Source of the DNA: Trichormus sp. ATA11-4-KO1
GTDB taxonomy: Bacteria > Cyanobacteriota > Cyanobacteriia > Cyanobacteriales > Nostocaceae
Direction of reading: 5' to 3'
Assembly: GCA_019358915.1 (NCBI GenBank)
Contig: JAHHIM010000016.1
Coordinates: 1 to 64,000 of the forward strand
Length of the DNA: 64,000 nucleotides
Shown here piece after piece: positions 35,276 through 46,574 of this stretch. Every line of letters begins with the position of its first letter. Position 1 is the first letter of the stretch. The notes beneath the pieces are model-generated. The model was given only the letters and a program-made list of their open reading frames with translations, was not told the origin of the DNA and did no database searches. The position numbers and the translations under genes are program-made.

Positions 35276-35511
35276 TTGCTATACGTCACAATTTTAAAGG
35301 GCTTTGGTACTCAAAAAGTTATGAGTGAGGAGTTAAAAATTAAAAATTAAAAATTAAAAATTAATAACTCACAACTGACGCCTGATGTGAATTAGAAACG
35401 TCTCTTATCCCATAAGGGTTTCTAGATTCGCCTAAAATAATCGTTTTGCGACTATCTACGAAATTACAAGGGTTTCAAGACTTAATTCACATTAAACGTA
35501 ACTGATAACTT

Positions 35512-36390
35512 CTAACTACCTGTTGCCTTTAAATAGCTGGTTACTGTATTTTGCAGCAAAATGGCCACTGTCATAGGGCCAACACCACCAGGAACTGGGG
35601 TGATAAATTCCGCTACACCAGCAGTTGATTCCCCGTGGACATCGCCGACTAAGCGACTATTGCCACTAGCATCTGTGACACGGTTCATCCCCACATCTAC
35701 CACAACAGCGCCTGGTTTTACCATTTGGGCAGTAATTAATCCTGGACGACCAACGGCGGCAATTAGAATATCAGCATTCTTAGTGATAGTACTCAGGTCT
35801 AGCGATCGCGAGTGAGAAATGGTTACAGTAGCATCAGCTTCTAGTAACATCAATGCCATTGGTTTACCCACCAAAATACTGCGTCCTACTACCACAGCTT
35901 GTTTTCCCTGCAAGGGAATTTCATACTCCTGCAACAGCCGCATCACACCCGCCGGCGTGCAACTGCGTAAACCTGCTTCTCCCCGTACTAGCCGCCCCAA
36001 GTTAACTGGATGCAGTCCGTCGGCATCTTTATCTGGATTTATTTTATTGAGTAGGGCGACAGCATCCAAGTGGTGAGGTAGGGGTAACTGCACGAGAATA
36101 CCATCTACCCGTTCATCTTGATTAAGTGCCGCAATTACTTCCTCTAGTTCCTCTTGGGTGGTTTCCGTGGGAAAATGCCTACCAAAAGAGGTAATACCGA
36201 CTTTAGCGCAGGCTCGTTCTTTATTGCGTACATAAGCAGCCGAAGCTGGGTTATCGCCCACCATCAGTACAGCTAAACCAGGCGATCGTCCAATTTTTGC
36301 TTGTGATTCTGTAGTGAGAGCAGAAAGTTCTTGATGAATTTTTTCAGCTAAAGCTTTACCATCGAGAAGTTTGGCTATTTTTGTTTCCAT
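35512..36390 (-). CDS. folD: Methylenetetrahydrofolate dehydrogenase/cyclohydrolase
   Basis: [34 protein letters not shown]. Confidence 0.98.
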   Translation of the reverse strand: METKIAKLLDGKALAEKIHQELSALTTESQAKIGRSPGLAVLMVGDNPASAAYVRNKERACAKVGITSFGRHFPTETTQEELEEVIAALNQDERVDGILVQLPLPHHLDAVALLNKINPDKDADGLHPVNLGRLVRGEAGLRSCTPAGVMRLLQEYEIPLQGKQAVVVGRSILVGKPMALMLLEADATVTISHSRSLDLSTITKNADILIAAVGRPGLITAQMVKPGAVVVDVGMNRVTDASGNSRLVGDVHGESTAGVAEFITPVPGGVGPMTVAILLQNTVTSYLKATGS

Positions 36391-36613
36391 GAGAATCCCC
36401 AGAAGACTCACCTTGAGTCTAAATTTCAGTTATTTGTAGCCAAGTCAACAGTTACAAATAACTTTTGCCTATTGACTATTATGGTGTTGCTGTTTAGTGC
36501 CGTAGCGTTTCTCCAACCACAAGACCATACTCATACTGTTTATCTTCTCATAAGGGGAATAGAGAATAGGTAAGAATCTTCCTTGTCCCCTTTGTTGTCA
36601 AAAAATATAAATT

Positions 36614-37012
36614 ATGAAAACAAAAAATTTTGATTTTTGTACCGTTATTCCTTACCGCCTGGGAATTACATTGTTACTTGTCGTGGGACTTTATGGTTGT
36701 GGTTTCTTAACAACGCCTAGCTTAAAAGCTAGTAACTTAAGCATCGGTAGCAATGTCACCCCGATTCGGGAAATTAAACCAGAAACAGACAAGCAGGCTA
36801 CAGTTTATATCCAAGGTAAGGTAGAAAAGCAAGTTCCTCTAGTGAAGCAGTGGGCATATCAAATTAACGACTCAACTGGCAAAATTTGGGTTGTTACCAA
36901 TCAACCTAATCTCAAAGAGGGGCAACAAGTGGTAATTAAAGGCCAAGTTCGCTTCCAGAGTATTCCTTTAGCTGGCCAAGAATTTGGGGAAGTTTACATA
37001 GAAGAAAAATAA
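36614..37012 (+). CDS. OB-fold lipoprotein, hypothetical
   Basis: Lipobox LYGC; VYIQGKV...INDSTGKIWV. Confidence 0.75.
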   Translation: MKTKNFDFCTVIPYRLGITLLLVVGLYGCGFLTTPSLKASNLSIGSNVTPIREIKPETDKQATVYIQGKVEKQVPLVKQWAYQINDSTGKIWVVTNQPNLKEGQQVVIKGQVRFQSIPLAGQEFGEVYIEEK

Positions 37013-37043
37013 TATTTCTTAATATATAACTAAGTAAAAATTT

Positions 37044-37487
37044 ATGAATAATCAACCAGTGCATGTAGCGATCGCAATTCTTTACCAAGAAAATAAGTTT
37101 CTCATGCAACTGCGAGACAATATCCCCGGTATTTTCTACCCTGGTTACTGGGGACTATTTGGTGGTCATATTGAACCTGGTGAAACACCAAATGTAGCAG
37201 TGGAGCGAGAAGTATTAGAAGAAATCGGCTATACCTTACCACCATTTTTTGAATTCGGCTGTTATTCCGATGCTGCTGTTATTCGTCATGTCTTTCATGC
37301 ACCACTCTTAGTCGAATTAAATCAACTAACTTTAAATGAAGGCTGGGATATGGGATTGTTAACGCCAGAAGATATTCATCAGGGTCACTGTTACTCACCC
37401 ATCGCCGATGAAGTCAGACCTTTAGGGAGCATACATCAGCGAATTATGTTGGATTTCATCGAAAAAAACCCACAACCCCAATCATGA
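37044..37487 (+). CDS. NUDIX hydrolase
   Basis: GGHIEPGETPNVAVEREVLEEIG Nudix box. Confidence 0.93.
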   Translation: MNNQPVHVAIAILYQENKFLMQLRDNIPGIFYPGYWGLFGGHIEPGETPNVAVEREVLEEIGYTLPPFFEFGCYSDAAVIRHVFHAPLLVELNQLTLNEGWDMGLLTPEDIHQGHCYSPIADEVRPLGSIHQRIMLDFIEKNPQPQS

Positions 37488-37653
37488 CTTCCCAATGCCC
37501 AATGCCCAACTTCTACAGTCAAGTGTTGAAATTCCGGTAAAAAACCGTACTTAAACCGAAACTTGTTTTCTAGATGAGTCCCCTAGACTAGAATGAAAGT
37601 AGAGGCAAAAATATAAGCTGCTGAGTGTCAGTACTCAGTTGAATATAAGCAAG

Positions 37654-37977
37654 ATGGGATTCTTTGACTCTGAGATAGTTCAGCAAGAAGCAAAACAGCT
37701 GTTTGAAGATTATCAAGCACTGATTAACCTTGGCAACAATTACGGCAAGTTTGATCGTGAAGGCAAAAAGCTGTTTATTGAGCAAATGGAAGCCATGATG
37801 GATCGTTATCGCGTATTTATGAAGCGATTTGAACTTTCAGAAGATTTCATGGCACAGATGACTGTACAGCAACTCAAAACTCAGTTAGGCCAATTTGGTG
37901 TCACCCCGCAACAGATGTTTGAGCAAATGCATCTTACCCTACAGCGAATGAAAACCGAGTTGGAAAAACAGCAGTAG
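37654..37977 (+). CDS. DUF1825 family protein
   Basis: MGFFDSEIVQQEAKQLFEDYQ...KFDREGK. Confidence 0.85.
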   Translation: MGFFDSEIVQQEAKQLFEDYQALINLGNNYGKFDREGKKLFIEQMEAMMDRYRVFMKRFELSEDFMAQMTVQQLKTQLGQFGVTPQQMFEQMHLTLQRMKTELEKQQ

Positions 37978-38000
37978 TGAATTTTCAATTTTTTGTTAGG

Positions 38001-38031
38001 GGATTTTGGATAGACAATTAATCCAAAATCC
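38001..38031. terminator. STRR-derived hairpin between convergent genes
   Basis: ggattttggat...atccaaaatcc, 11-bp perfect stem. Confidence 0.6.
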
Positions 38032-38039
38032 TCAATTAT

Positions 38040-39962
38040 TTATGATTTGGGGCGCTGAAACTGCGAAAGTGGCTTAAAGTTTTCTGAAGGCACACCTTTG
38101 AGAGCTTGCTGCATGAAATCTCGCCAGATAGGAGCCACCATCCCTCCACCAGTAGCCCGGCTAGCTAATTGTCTGTTATCGTCTCTACCCACCCAGACAG
38201 CAGTTGTTAACTGTGGCACAGTACCCACATACCAAATATCTCTTTCTGAGGAGGTTGTTCCTGTCTTCCCAGCACTGGGGCGACCGATGTCGGCACCTTT
38301 ACCAGTTCCCTCTGTAACCACTGAACGCATCACATCGATAATTGCTGCTGATGCCCATTGATCTAAAACTAACTGAGGTTTGGGCGTATTATCTAGTAAT
38401 ATATTACCGCTACTATCAGTGACACGGGCCATAATCGTCGGTGGTGACTGCCAGCCATAATTGGCAAAGGTAGCATAAGCACTAGCCATTTCCAAAGGCG
38501 TAACACCGATCGCACCTAGAGGTAAAGAAGTCACAGGTTCCATCGGACTCATGATTCCCAAGGTACGACAGGCTTCGATCACTTTATTCATCCCTATAGT
38601 TTTACCCAGCTTGATTACGGGAATATTACGAGACTGGGCTAAAGCCGTGCGAATAGGCATCGGACCCTTAAAGCTACTATCGTAGTTCTTGGGTGTATAC
38701 CAATTATTACCATCTCGATAGCGGACGGGCGTATCCTGTACTACTGTATCTGGTGCAAATTTGCCCGTAGCAAAAGCAGCATAATATACAAACGGTTTAA
38801 ACGCAGAGCCTGGTTGACGCTGAGATTGTGTTGCCCGGTTGAATTCGCTACTTTTGGCATCGACACCGCCCACTAGCGCCTTCACAAAATGTGTGCGGGG
38901 ATCAATTGCCACCAAAGCAATTTGATTATCACGCAACCCTTGACTACTCAGTGTTTTATGCCACTTGCTGACAGTTTGTTCTGCCATCTTTTGGAATTCG
39001 GCATCAACTGTGGTTTGTACCCGCATTCCGCCTTTTAGCAGTGCCTCACGCCCAAATTTTTGAGCCAATTCTTGCGCCACACTATTAGTAACGTAAGGTA
39101 AGGCACTACCTTGAAATGACCTGATTCTACCAAGTTTGATTTCTTGCTTGAGAGCATTATCGTATTCTTGCTGGCTAATCCAGTTTAAATCCAGCATCCG
39201 CCCCAAAACTTCCTTTTGTTTTCGTTTTGCCAGTTCCATACTCGCAAAGGGGCTGAATTCTTCTGGCGCTTGGATTAAACCAGCCATCATTGCTGACTCA
39301 GCTAAGGTTAAGATTTCTGCTGACTTGTCAAAATAGCTGCGTGCTGCCGTTTGCACACCATAGTTATTATGACCCCAATACACTTGATTGAGGTACATTT
39401 CCAAAATTTGGTCTTTGCTGAGAATTTGCTCTAACCGAATTGCCAGTACCCCTTCAGCCAACTTCCGGGTAAAAGCACGTTTTTGAGATAAAAACAAATT
39501 TTTCACCAGCTGCATGGTGATGGTAGAGCCTCCCTCCCGCACACCACCTGCTGCCAAGTTAACTATCACAGCACGACCGACACCACTAGGATTGATCCCG
39601 TGGTGATCATAAAAATGACTGTCTTCACTAGCTAGTACCGCCCGTTTGAGATGCGGGGAAATTCTATTTAGAGGCATGACTTCTCGGTTAGCTTCACCGT
39701 GAATACTCGTTAACAGTTTGCCTTTAATGTCATAGATGTAAGTCGTTTCCGATGGCAAAAAGTTACGTAGCTGTCTCACATCTGGCAAGTTACGGAAACT
39801 AATAGCTAAGCCAACCAGCCCTCCGGCTACAATAGAGCTTGCAAGCATCGTTATTGAAAGCAAAGTACCGCCAGTTATCTGACCTACTCCTTTCAAAAAC
39901 TCAAAACCTGATGAAGCCTGACGTTGTGGCTGCTTATTTGTAAAAGTCCTAGAAGACGACAC
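38040..39962 (-). CDS. Class A penicillin-binding protein (transglycosylase/transpeptidase)
   Basis: EDSHFYDHHG, GGSTITMQLVKN, SAFK, SRN, KTGT. Confidence 0.96.
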   Translation of the reverse strand: MSSSRTFTNKQPQRQASSGFEFLKGVGQITGGTLLSITMLASSIVAGGLVGLAISFRNLPDVRQLRNFLPSETTYIYDIKGKLLTSIHGEANREVMPLNRISPHLKRAVLASEDSHFYDHHGINPSGVGRAVIVNLAAGGVREGGSTITMQLVKNLFLSQKRAFTRKLAEGVLAIRLEQILSKDQILEMYLNQVYWGHNNYGVQTAARSYFDKSAEILTLAESAMMAGLIQAPEEFSPFASMELAKRKQKEVLGRMLDLNWISQQEYDNALKQEIKLGRIRSFQGSALPYVTNSVAQELAQKFGREALLKGGMRVQTTVDAEFQKMAEQTVSKWHKTLSSQGLRDNQIALVAIDPRTHFVKALVGGVDAKSSEFNRATQSQRQPGSAFKPFVYYAAFATGKFAPDTVVQDTPVRYRDGNNWYTPKNYDSSFKGPMPIRTALAQSRNIPVIKLGKTIGMNKVIEACRTLGIMSPMEPVTSLPLGAIGVTPLEMASAYATFANYGWQSPPTIMARVTDSSGNILLDNTPKPQLVLDQWASAAIIDVMRSVVTEGTGKGADIGRPSAGKTGTTSSERDIWYVGTVPQLTTAVWVGRDDNRQLASRATGGGMVAPIWRDFMQQALKGVPSENFKPLSQFQRPKS

Positions 39963-40135
39963 GGCGATCTCACTTCCTCACTTGTAAATATAACTGTAAT
40001 TCATTGAATGAAACAAGGCGGTTAATTTTTTGCAATTATATTAATTTGGCAGATTAAAGAACGGACAAATTGCCAGTGAATATAACTAACCTAACCTATA
40101 GAGTAAAAAGCGTAGTTAATAGCGAATCTCAGAGT

Positions 40136-41335
40136 ATGACGCAAAATTTTTCTTGGCTGCATCGTGGGATAGTGGAAATTTTCCCACAACCAATTGATGC
40201 GGATGGTGAAAGTGAAAGTTTGGAGAAGCGTTTGGTAACTACGAACCGACCTTTAAGGGTCAAATTGGGAATTGACCCTACGGGATCTGATATTCATCTT
40301 GGTCATAGCATACCAGTACGCAAACTGCGAGCTTTTCAAGATGCTGGTCATACAGCAGTTCTCATTATTGGTGATTTTACGGCTCGCATTGGTGATCCGA
40401 CTGGTAAATCTGAGGTGCGTCGCCAGCTGAGTGAAGCAGATGTAGCACAAAATGCTCAGACTTATCTTGACCAAGTGCGTCCTATTTTGGATTTTGACAC
40501 ACCGGGTAGATTGGAGGTGCATTATAACTCACAATGGCTTTCCCAGCTTAATTTAGGGAAAATTCTCGAGTTACTTTCCACTATGACAGTGGGGCAGATG
40601 TTAGCGAAAGAGGGATTCGCGGAACGCTATAAAAAAGAGAATCCAATTTTTATCCATGAGTTCCTCTATCCATTAATGCAAGGCTATGATTCTGTGGCTG
40701 TCGAGGCAGATGTGGAGTTGGGGGGAACTGATCAAAAGTTTAACATTGCCGTAGGCAGAGATTTGCAACGCCATTTTGGCCAAAAGCCGCAATTTGGGTT
40801 ACTGCTACCGATTTTAATTGGTACAGATGGTGTGCAAAAAATGTCTAAATCTTTAGGTAATTATGTTGGCTTGTCGGAACACCCAGCACAAAAATATCAG
40901 AAGTTACAAGGTGTTCCAGATAATTTACTGTCACAGTATTTTGAACTGCTGACAGATTTACCTTTGGATAAACTGCCAGAAAATCCCCGCGATCGCCAGA
41001 TGCTTTTAGCATGGGAAGTTGTCAAACAGTACAACGGCGAAATAGCAGCTAATGAGGCTAAAGAAGCGGCAAAAAGCGGTGGAAAAGAAGGTGCTGTACC
41101 AGAATTTTCTCTCTTCGGGGTGTCACCGTTTCCGGTGAAGTTAGCGTATCTACTCAATGTCAGTGGTTTGTGCAAAAGTACTGGAGAAGGTAAACGGAAA
41201 ATTCAAGAAGGTGGAGTGCGCCTAGATGGCGATCGCATTACTGATGTTGATACCATTTTTGAGCAGCCTAGTGAATTACACGGTCGAGTGCTGCAAGTTG
41301 GTAAAAATAAATTTGTCCGCCTTGTTAATAACTAA
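40136..41335 (+). CDS. tyrS: Tyrosine--tRNA ligase
   Basis: [25 protein letters not shown]4-like tail. Confidence 0.98.
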   Translation: MTQNFSWLHRGIVEIFPQPIDADGESESLEKRLVTTNRPLRVKLGIDPTGSDIHLGHSIPVRKLRAFQDAGHTAVLIIGDFTARIGDPTGKSEVRRQLSEADVAQNAQTYLDQVRPILDFDTPGRLEVHYNSQWLSQLNLGKILELLSTMTVGQMLAKEGFAERYKKENPIFIHEFLYPLMQGYDSVAVEADVELGGTDQKFNIAVGRDLQRHFGQKPQFGLLLPILIGTDGVQKMSKSLGNYVGLSEHPAQKYQKLQGVPDNLLSQYFELLTDLPLDKLPENPRDRQMLLAWEVVKQYNGEIAANEAKEAAKSGGKEGAVPEFSLFGVSPFPVKLAYLLNVSGLCKSTGEGKRKIQEGGVRLDGDRITDVDTIFEQPSELHGRVLQVGKNKFVRLVNN

Positions 41336-41341
41336 TGACTA

Positions 41342-42082
41342 ATGATTTATCCTGAGCGTAGCCGAAGGGCTAAAGATCAAATAATTGTGCCTTTGGATGT
41401 GCCGGATCTGCCAAGTGCGATCGCCCTCGTAGATCGGCTAGCGCAAGTCAATTTCTGGAAGGTGGGTTTAGAATTATTTACTAATTCTGGCCCGCAAATC
41501 CTGGAAGTTTTAAAATCTCGGCAAAAGCGGATTTTTCTGGATTTGAAGTTTCACGATATCCCCAATACTGTGGCTGGGGCTTGTCGGGGTGCGGCTAGTT
41601 ACGGGGTAGACTTATTAACCATTCACGCGACTGCTGGTAGAGATGCCCTGAAAGCAGCCACAGAAGCAGTACAAGTAGGGGCTGCTCAAGCAGGTGTCAA
41701 ACCACCTCAATTAATCGCCATTACCTTGTTAACGAGTATTTCTTCTAGGCAATTAGCTTTTGATTTAAAGGTTCCCTTAGAATTGCCAGAATATGCCTTA
41801 GAAATGGCGTTGATGGCACAAGAAACAGGGTTGAATGGGGCAGTTTGTTCACCCCAGGAGGTAGCACAACTGCGGCAAACTTGTGGCAGTGACTTTTTGC
41901 TCGTTTGTCCGGGGGTACGACCTACTTGGGCAGATAAAACAGATCAAAAGCGATCGCTTACACCAGCACAAGCTATCCAAGCTGGTGCTGATTACTTAGT
42001 GATTGGTCGTCCAATTACTGCTGCGGCTGAACCTGAGTTAGCCTGGGAAAAGATTTCTGAGGAGTTAAGTAAGTCGGCATGA
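41342..42082 (+). CDS. pyrF: Orotidine 5'-phosphate decarboxylase
   Basis: [24 protein letters not shown]. Confidence 0.98.
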   Translation: MIYPERSRRAKDQIIVPLDVPDLPSAIALVDRLAQVNFWKVGLELFTNSGPQILEVLKSRQKRIFLDLKFHDIPNTVAGACRGAASYGVDLLTIHATAGRDALKAATEAVQVGAAQAGVKPPQLIAITLLTSISSRQLAFDLKVPLELPEYALEMALMAQETGLNGAVCSPQEVAQLRQTCGSDFLLVCPGVRPTWADKTDQKRSLTPAQAIQAGADYLVIGRPITAAAEPELAWEKISEELSKSA

Positions 42083-42849
42083 AGGCAGTCCCGATGAAAC
42101 GAGTTTCACAGCCAAGTATGAAAGAGGGACTAGGGACTGGGGAACTCGGTGCCCCCTCTGGGGATAAGGGGCAATGGGGACTGGGATTTTTACTCAGCAC
42201 TCAGCACTTAGCACTCAGCACTTTCAAGTCAGAAGTCAGGCAAAAAAATTATGGCTTGTGGCTTGTAGCTTGCAGCTTTTGGTTTGTGGTAGCAAATAGC
42301 ATCAATAACTCAGCACTGGCGCATACTCCCTCTTTGCTAACCCAAAGAGGGAATGTTAACAGCACAGTGAGGGATGTTTGCTCAAACCAAAATTTAGAAT
42401 TATTAACTACTTGGTTATTGCCAGATTTACCTAGTTATGCTAATCGTGCCAGTCAACGCGCCCGGCGTCGCAATAGAAGTAGTGATATTTACAGTTACAT
42501 GCTAGTAGCAGGAAAACCTGAGTTTCAGCCTTTGCCTCTGAACTCTAGTGAACATAATGCAGATGGGCAAAATAGTACGGCAACAGAAGTTGAGCAGGTT
42601 TTCTTTACTACCTTAGAACGTCAGTACGTTGCTGGGCAAGCCGTTGAATTGCAGCAATTTCACTGGCTGTTATTGACAAAAACTAAAAGTGGTTGGCGTT
42701 TGGTCATGATGTTTACTCAGACTAGTACTGATCCCAAACAACCAGTATCGCCCCCACGAGACAGTAGTAATGGTATTGTTGCCCAAGCCGTTAAAGCTTG
42801 GTTGCGAGATTGTCGGGCGGGAAGTGTGCGTAAGCGTACCGGGGATTGA
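42079..42849 (+). CDS. Conserved hypothetical exported protein; 5' part invaded by STRRs, start uncertain
   Basis: [29 protein letters not shown]...[22 protein letters not shown] heptamers at 42125-42222. Confidence 0.7.
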   Translation: MKAVPMKRVSQPSMKEGLGTGELGAPSGDKGQWGLGFLLSTQHLALSTFKSEVRQKNYGLWLVACSFWFVVANSINNSALAHTPSLLTQRGNVNSTVRDVCSNQNLELLTTWLLPDLPSYANRASQRARRRNRSSDIYSYMLVAGKPEFQPLPLNSSEHNADGQNSTATEVEQVFFTTLERQYVAGQAVELQQFHWLLLTKTKSGWRLVMMFTQTSTDPKQPVSPPRDSSNGIVAQAVKAWLRDCRAGSVRKRTGD

Positions 42850-42856
42850 GAAATTA

Positions 42857-42967
42857 GGCGTTGCTGAATCAAAGTATGAAATGCCAAAATCACCTTTATT
42901 TTTCTTAGTTCCTTTGTGCCTTTGCGCCTTTGCGTGAAACTAATTCATAGCTCAATTCAGCAACGCC
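42857..42967. mobile_element. 111-bp MITE with about 24-bp TIRs and an 8-bp target duplication
   Basis: GGCGTTGCTGAAT...ATTCAGCAACGCC (13 bp perfect, 20/24 extended); AGAAATTA at 42849-42856 and 42968-42975. Confidence 0.9.
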
Positions 42968-42991
42968 AGAAATTAAAAATTAGGCGCTTGT

Positions 42992-43171
42992 GTAGAACAA
43001 CTGTCAGCCGAATTAACCGCTTGGCAGCTCCAACGTAACCGCACCACTAGCAAACTAGTCTGGCAGTTTACCACTGAAGATGCAAGGGTTAAACTCAGGC
43101 ATCTCTATCCTGTCTTTGATACTTCGCAGATAGATGATTCTCATGCCCTATTTAGCTGTGTTAGTCCACTA
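42992..43171 (+). mobile_element. IS630-family remnant (transposase C-terminus and right end)
   Basis: Manual translation VEQLSAELTAWQLQRNRTTSKLVWQFTTEDARVKLRHLYP matches the IS630 WQFTxxDARxKLxxLYP tail; ends near gttagtccactac. Confidence 0.85.
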
Positions 43172-43200
43172 CCAAAAGAGCCTTCAATACTTAATGTTGA

Positions 43201-44844
43201 CTACACTCCGCAATTTAACTCGCCAGCTTTTTGGCTAAAGCGGTGATTTTCTCGATAGTCCACAGGACAATCTATCACAGCAGGCACGTCTTGAGCGAGG
43301 GCCTCTTTAAGTACAGGGATTAAATCAGTCGCTGATTCAACTCGATAGCCTTTTAAACCCATGCTTTCGGCTAATTTGACAAAATCAGGATTATTAAAAT
43401 GGACAAAAGATGAATTGCCTTTGCCAAATTGACTTTCTTGCTTCCACTCAATTAACCCATAGCCACCATCATTAAAAATTAAGGTGACAAAGGGAGTACC
43501 AACACGCAAAGCTGTTTCTAATTCCTGGCAATTCATCATAAAGCCACCATCACCAGTTGCAGCGACAATTTTACGGTTAGGGGAAACGAGTTTTGCTGCT
43601 AAAGCACCAGGAATAGCAATACCCATAGCTGCGAAGCCATTAGAAATTATGCAAGTATTAGGACTATGGCAATGATAGTGTCGGGCAATCCACATTTTAT
43701 GAGCGCCAACATCAGAGATGACGATATCATCTGGTCCCATCACTTGTCGCAAATCATAGATTAATTTTTGTGGTTTAATCGGAAACCCATCATCATTAGC
43801 ATATTGTTCATAATCGGCACGAATATTGCCCCGTAAACTGATGGCATAGGGGTGGGGTTTGCCTTGTCGGTCTGCTAATTTTAAAATTTCACTGAGGGAA
43901 TCAGAAATATCCCCTATGACTTCTACATTGGGAATATAACTACTATCAATTTCTGCTGAAGTGGCCGCAATATGAACAATAGGAATATTGCCATCGGGAT
44001 TCCATTTTTTTGGGGAAAATTCGATTAAATCATAACCAATAGCAATTACTAAATCTGTATTATCAAAGCCACAAGTAATGAAATCCCTTTGCTGTAATCC
44101 TACAGACCACAAAGCCAAAGGATGTGTATAGGGAATTACACCTTTACCCATGAAGGTATTAACAACAGGCATATTCATCTGGGTGGCAAATTGCGTGACT
44201 GCATCACTGGCTTTAGCACGAATTGCCCCATTTCCCACTAAAATAATTGGGTTAACGGCTTGACAAATTGCTGCGGCGGCTGCCCGAATACTAGCAAAAG
44301 ATGCATAGGTTTTTTCAATATTATCCTTTTGCAAAGGTTTACCTTCTACAGGCATAGCAGCTATATTTTCTGGCAAATCAATATGAACTGCACCCGGTTT
44401 TTCAGTTTGCGATCGCTTGAATGCTTTGCGGACAACTTCTGGTGTAATACTAGGTCGCACAATCTGTTTATTCCACTTGGTTACAGGTGCAAACATGGCT
44501 ACCAAATCCAGATATTGATGGGATTCAATGTGCATTCTATCTGTTCCTACCTGACCAGTAATCGCTACCAAAGGCGCACCATCCAGGTTAGCATCTGCTA
44601 CCCCAGTCATTAAGTTTGTTGCCCCAGGGCCAAGAGTAGAAAGACACACTCCGGCTTTACCAGTCAAGCGTCCATAAACATCCGCCATGAATGCTGCGCC
44701 CTGTTCATGACGAGTAGTAATAAATTGAATGGAAGAATGTTTAAGGGCTTCTAAAACATGTAAGTTCTCTTCACCAGGAAGACCAAAAACATATTGCACT
44801 CCTTCATTTTCTAGGCATTGCACCAACAATTCAGCTGTATTCAT
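43201..44844 (-). CDS. ogdA: TPP enzyme of the acetolactate-synthase family; probable 2-oxoglutarate decarboxylase
   Basis: FGLPGEEN, RHEQGAAFMA, GDGGFMMN; directly downstream of succinate-semialdehyde dehydrogenase. Confidence 0.85.
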   Translation of the reverse strand: MNTAELLVQCLENEGVQYVFGLPGEENLHVLEALKHSSIQFITTRHEQGAAFMADVYGRLTGKAGVCLSTLGPGATNLMTGVADANLDGAPLVAITGQVGTDRMHIESHQYLDLVAMFAPVTKWNKQIVRPSITPEVVRKAFKRSQTEKPGAVHIDLPENIAAMPVEGKPLQKDNIEKTYASFASIRAAAAAICQAVNPIILVGNGAIRAKASDAVTQFATQMNMPVVNTFMGKGVIPYTHPLALWSVGLQQRDFITCGFDNTDLVIAIGYDLIEFSPKKWNPDGNIPIVHIAATSAEIDSSYIPNVEVIGDISDSLSEILKLADRQGKPHPYAISLRGNIRADYEQYANDDGFPIKPQKLIYDLRQVMGPDDIVISDVGAHKMWIARHYHCHSPNTCIISNGFAAMGIAIPGALAAKLVSPNRKIVAATGDGGFMMNCQELETALRVGTPFVTLIFNDGGYGLIEWKQESQFGKGNSSFVHFNNPDFVKLAESMGLKGYRVESATDLIPVLKEALAQDVPAVIDCPVDYRENHRFSQKAGELNCGV

Positions 44845-44926
44845 TTTATTTCCTCACTGGTTATAAATAAGACTGGGAAATGGGACAAGAAAGAAAATGC
44901 TGCATCTCCCACTCCCAACTCCCTGA

Positions 44927-46294
44927 TTAATTCACCCACACAGTCTTTGCATTGACGAATTCATGTAGACCTTGAATACTTAATTCTCTACCGTATCCAG
45001 AACGCTTAATGCCACCGAAGGGTAAGCGGGGATCGGATTTCACCATACTGTTGATAAATACGGCACCGGCTTCGATTTCTGTGATCAGGCGATCGCGTTC
45101 TTGGTCATTTGTCGTCCAGGCGCTTGCACCTAAGCCAAAAGGTGTAGCATTAGCAAGTTTTATCGCTGCATCTATATCCGGTACACGGAATAATAATGCT
45201 ACCGGGCCAAAGAATTCTGCTTGGGCAATGGCACTATTTGGGGGAATATCTGTGATAATCGTCGGCGGATAAAAGTTGCCGGGACGATCTGATAACGGAT
45301 GTCCACCCGTCAAGACTTTACCTCCACTGTTAACAGCAGTTTGCACTTGTTGGTCTAAATCTTGCAGAATATCAGGGGTTGCCAGGGGCCCTAAATCAGT
45401 GTCTGGTTGCATGGGATCGCCAACTTTCAATGCCAGAAATTTATCTAGAAGCAATTTTTCAAATTTGTCAGCGATCGCCTCCGCTACAATAAAACGTTTG
45501 GCTGCTATACAAGATTGCCCGCTATTTAACATCCGTGCTGTAGTAGCGGTGACAACTGCAACCTCTAAATCAGCACTTGGTAACACAATAAACGGATCAC
45601 TTCCTCCCAATTCCAAAACAGTTTTTTTGATTTGTTTGCCTGCGGCGGCGGCTAGAGAAGCACCAGCTGGTTCGCTTCCGGTTAAGGTGGCAGCTTTCAC
45701 CCGGTTATCAGCCATTAAATCGGCAACTTTAGCAGCGCCAATTAATAAAGTCTGAAATGCACCTTGAGGGAAACCAGCCCGGTGGATAATATCTTCAATT
45801 GCCAAGGCGCACTGTGGAACATTAGAAGCATGTTTGAGTAAACCCACATTTCCTGCCATCAGTGCAGGTGCAGCAAAGCGGAAGACTTGCCAGAAGGGGA
45901 AATTCCACGGCATCACAGCGAGAATCACGCCTAAAGGCTGGTAACGCACAAAACTATGGCTGGCATCGGTTTTGACATCGACATCAGCCAAGAAACTAGG
46001 TGCGTATTCAGCATAGTAATTACAAACTAAGGCGCATTTTTCTACTTCGGCGATCGCAGCTTTCAAAGGCTTGCCCATTTCTAGGGTCATTATCTTAGCA
46101 AAGTCTGCTTTCTCTTGCTGTAAAATAGTCGCAGCTTGTTGTAGCCATTGCGATCGCTCAGAAAAACTAGTATTTTTGTACTGTACAAAAGCCTGACCAG
46201 CCAAATCTAGTTTAGAAGCAATTTCTGAATCATTGAGCGGCTCAAAACTTTTGAGCATCTCCCCAGTGGCGGGATTAATGGTGGCGATAGCCAT
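44927..46294 (-). CDS. ssaD: NAD(P)-dependent succinate-semialdehyde dehydrogenase
   Basis: MPWNFPFWQVFRF, LELGGSDP, NSGQSCIA, EFFGP, PFGGIKRSGYGRELS. Confidence 0.92.
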   Translation of the reverse strand: MAIATINPATGEMLKSFEPLNDSEIASKLDLAGQAFVQYKNTSFSERSQWLQQAATILQQEKADFAKIMTLEMGKPLKAAIAEVEKCALVCNYYAEYAPSFLADVDVKTDASHSFVRYQPLGVILAVMPWNFPFWQVFRFAAPALMAGNVGLLKHASNVPQCALAIEDIIHRAGFPQGAFQTLLIGAAKVADLMADNRVKAATLTGSEPAGASLAAAAGKQIKKTVLELGGSDPFIVLPSADLEVAVVTATTARMLNSGQSCIAAKRFIVAEAIADKFEKLLLDKFLALKVGDPMQPDTDLGPLATPDILQDLDQQVQTAVNSGGKVLTGGHPLSDRPGNFYPPTIITDIPPNSAIAQAEFFGPVALLFRVPDIDAAIKLANATPFGLGASAWTTNDQERDRLITEIEAGAVFINSMVKSDPRLPFGGIKRSGYGRELSIQGLHEFVNAKTVWVN

Positions 46295-46574
46295 TGCCTG
46301 ACCTCCCGTTAAAAAATAGCTTGAGGTAGCTTCCTAGTGTTACACAGATCAATTGCGGACGCTACCATCCAAATTTTAGTCTTTTACTCAAAATTTGGTT
46401 TTTCAATCTTTAATTTTCATGAATTTGATTGGAGTAAAATATACTAATACATTAAGTATATACACGTAATACAAAACAATAAAATACTAATCACTCGATG
46501 CCCCTAACCTTTCTTGAAAAAGGGCGAAAATGAAGAGTTATCGTACTTAGGGACAGAGTTTTTTCATTTTTTGA

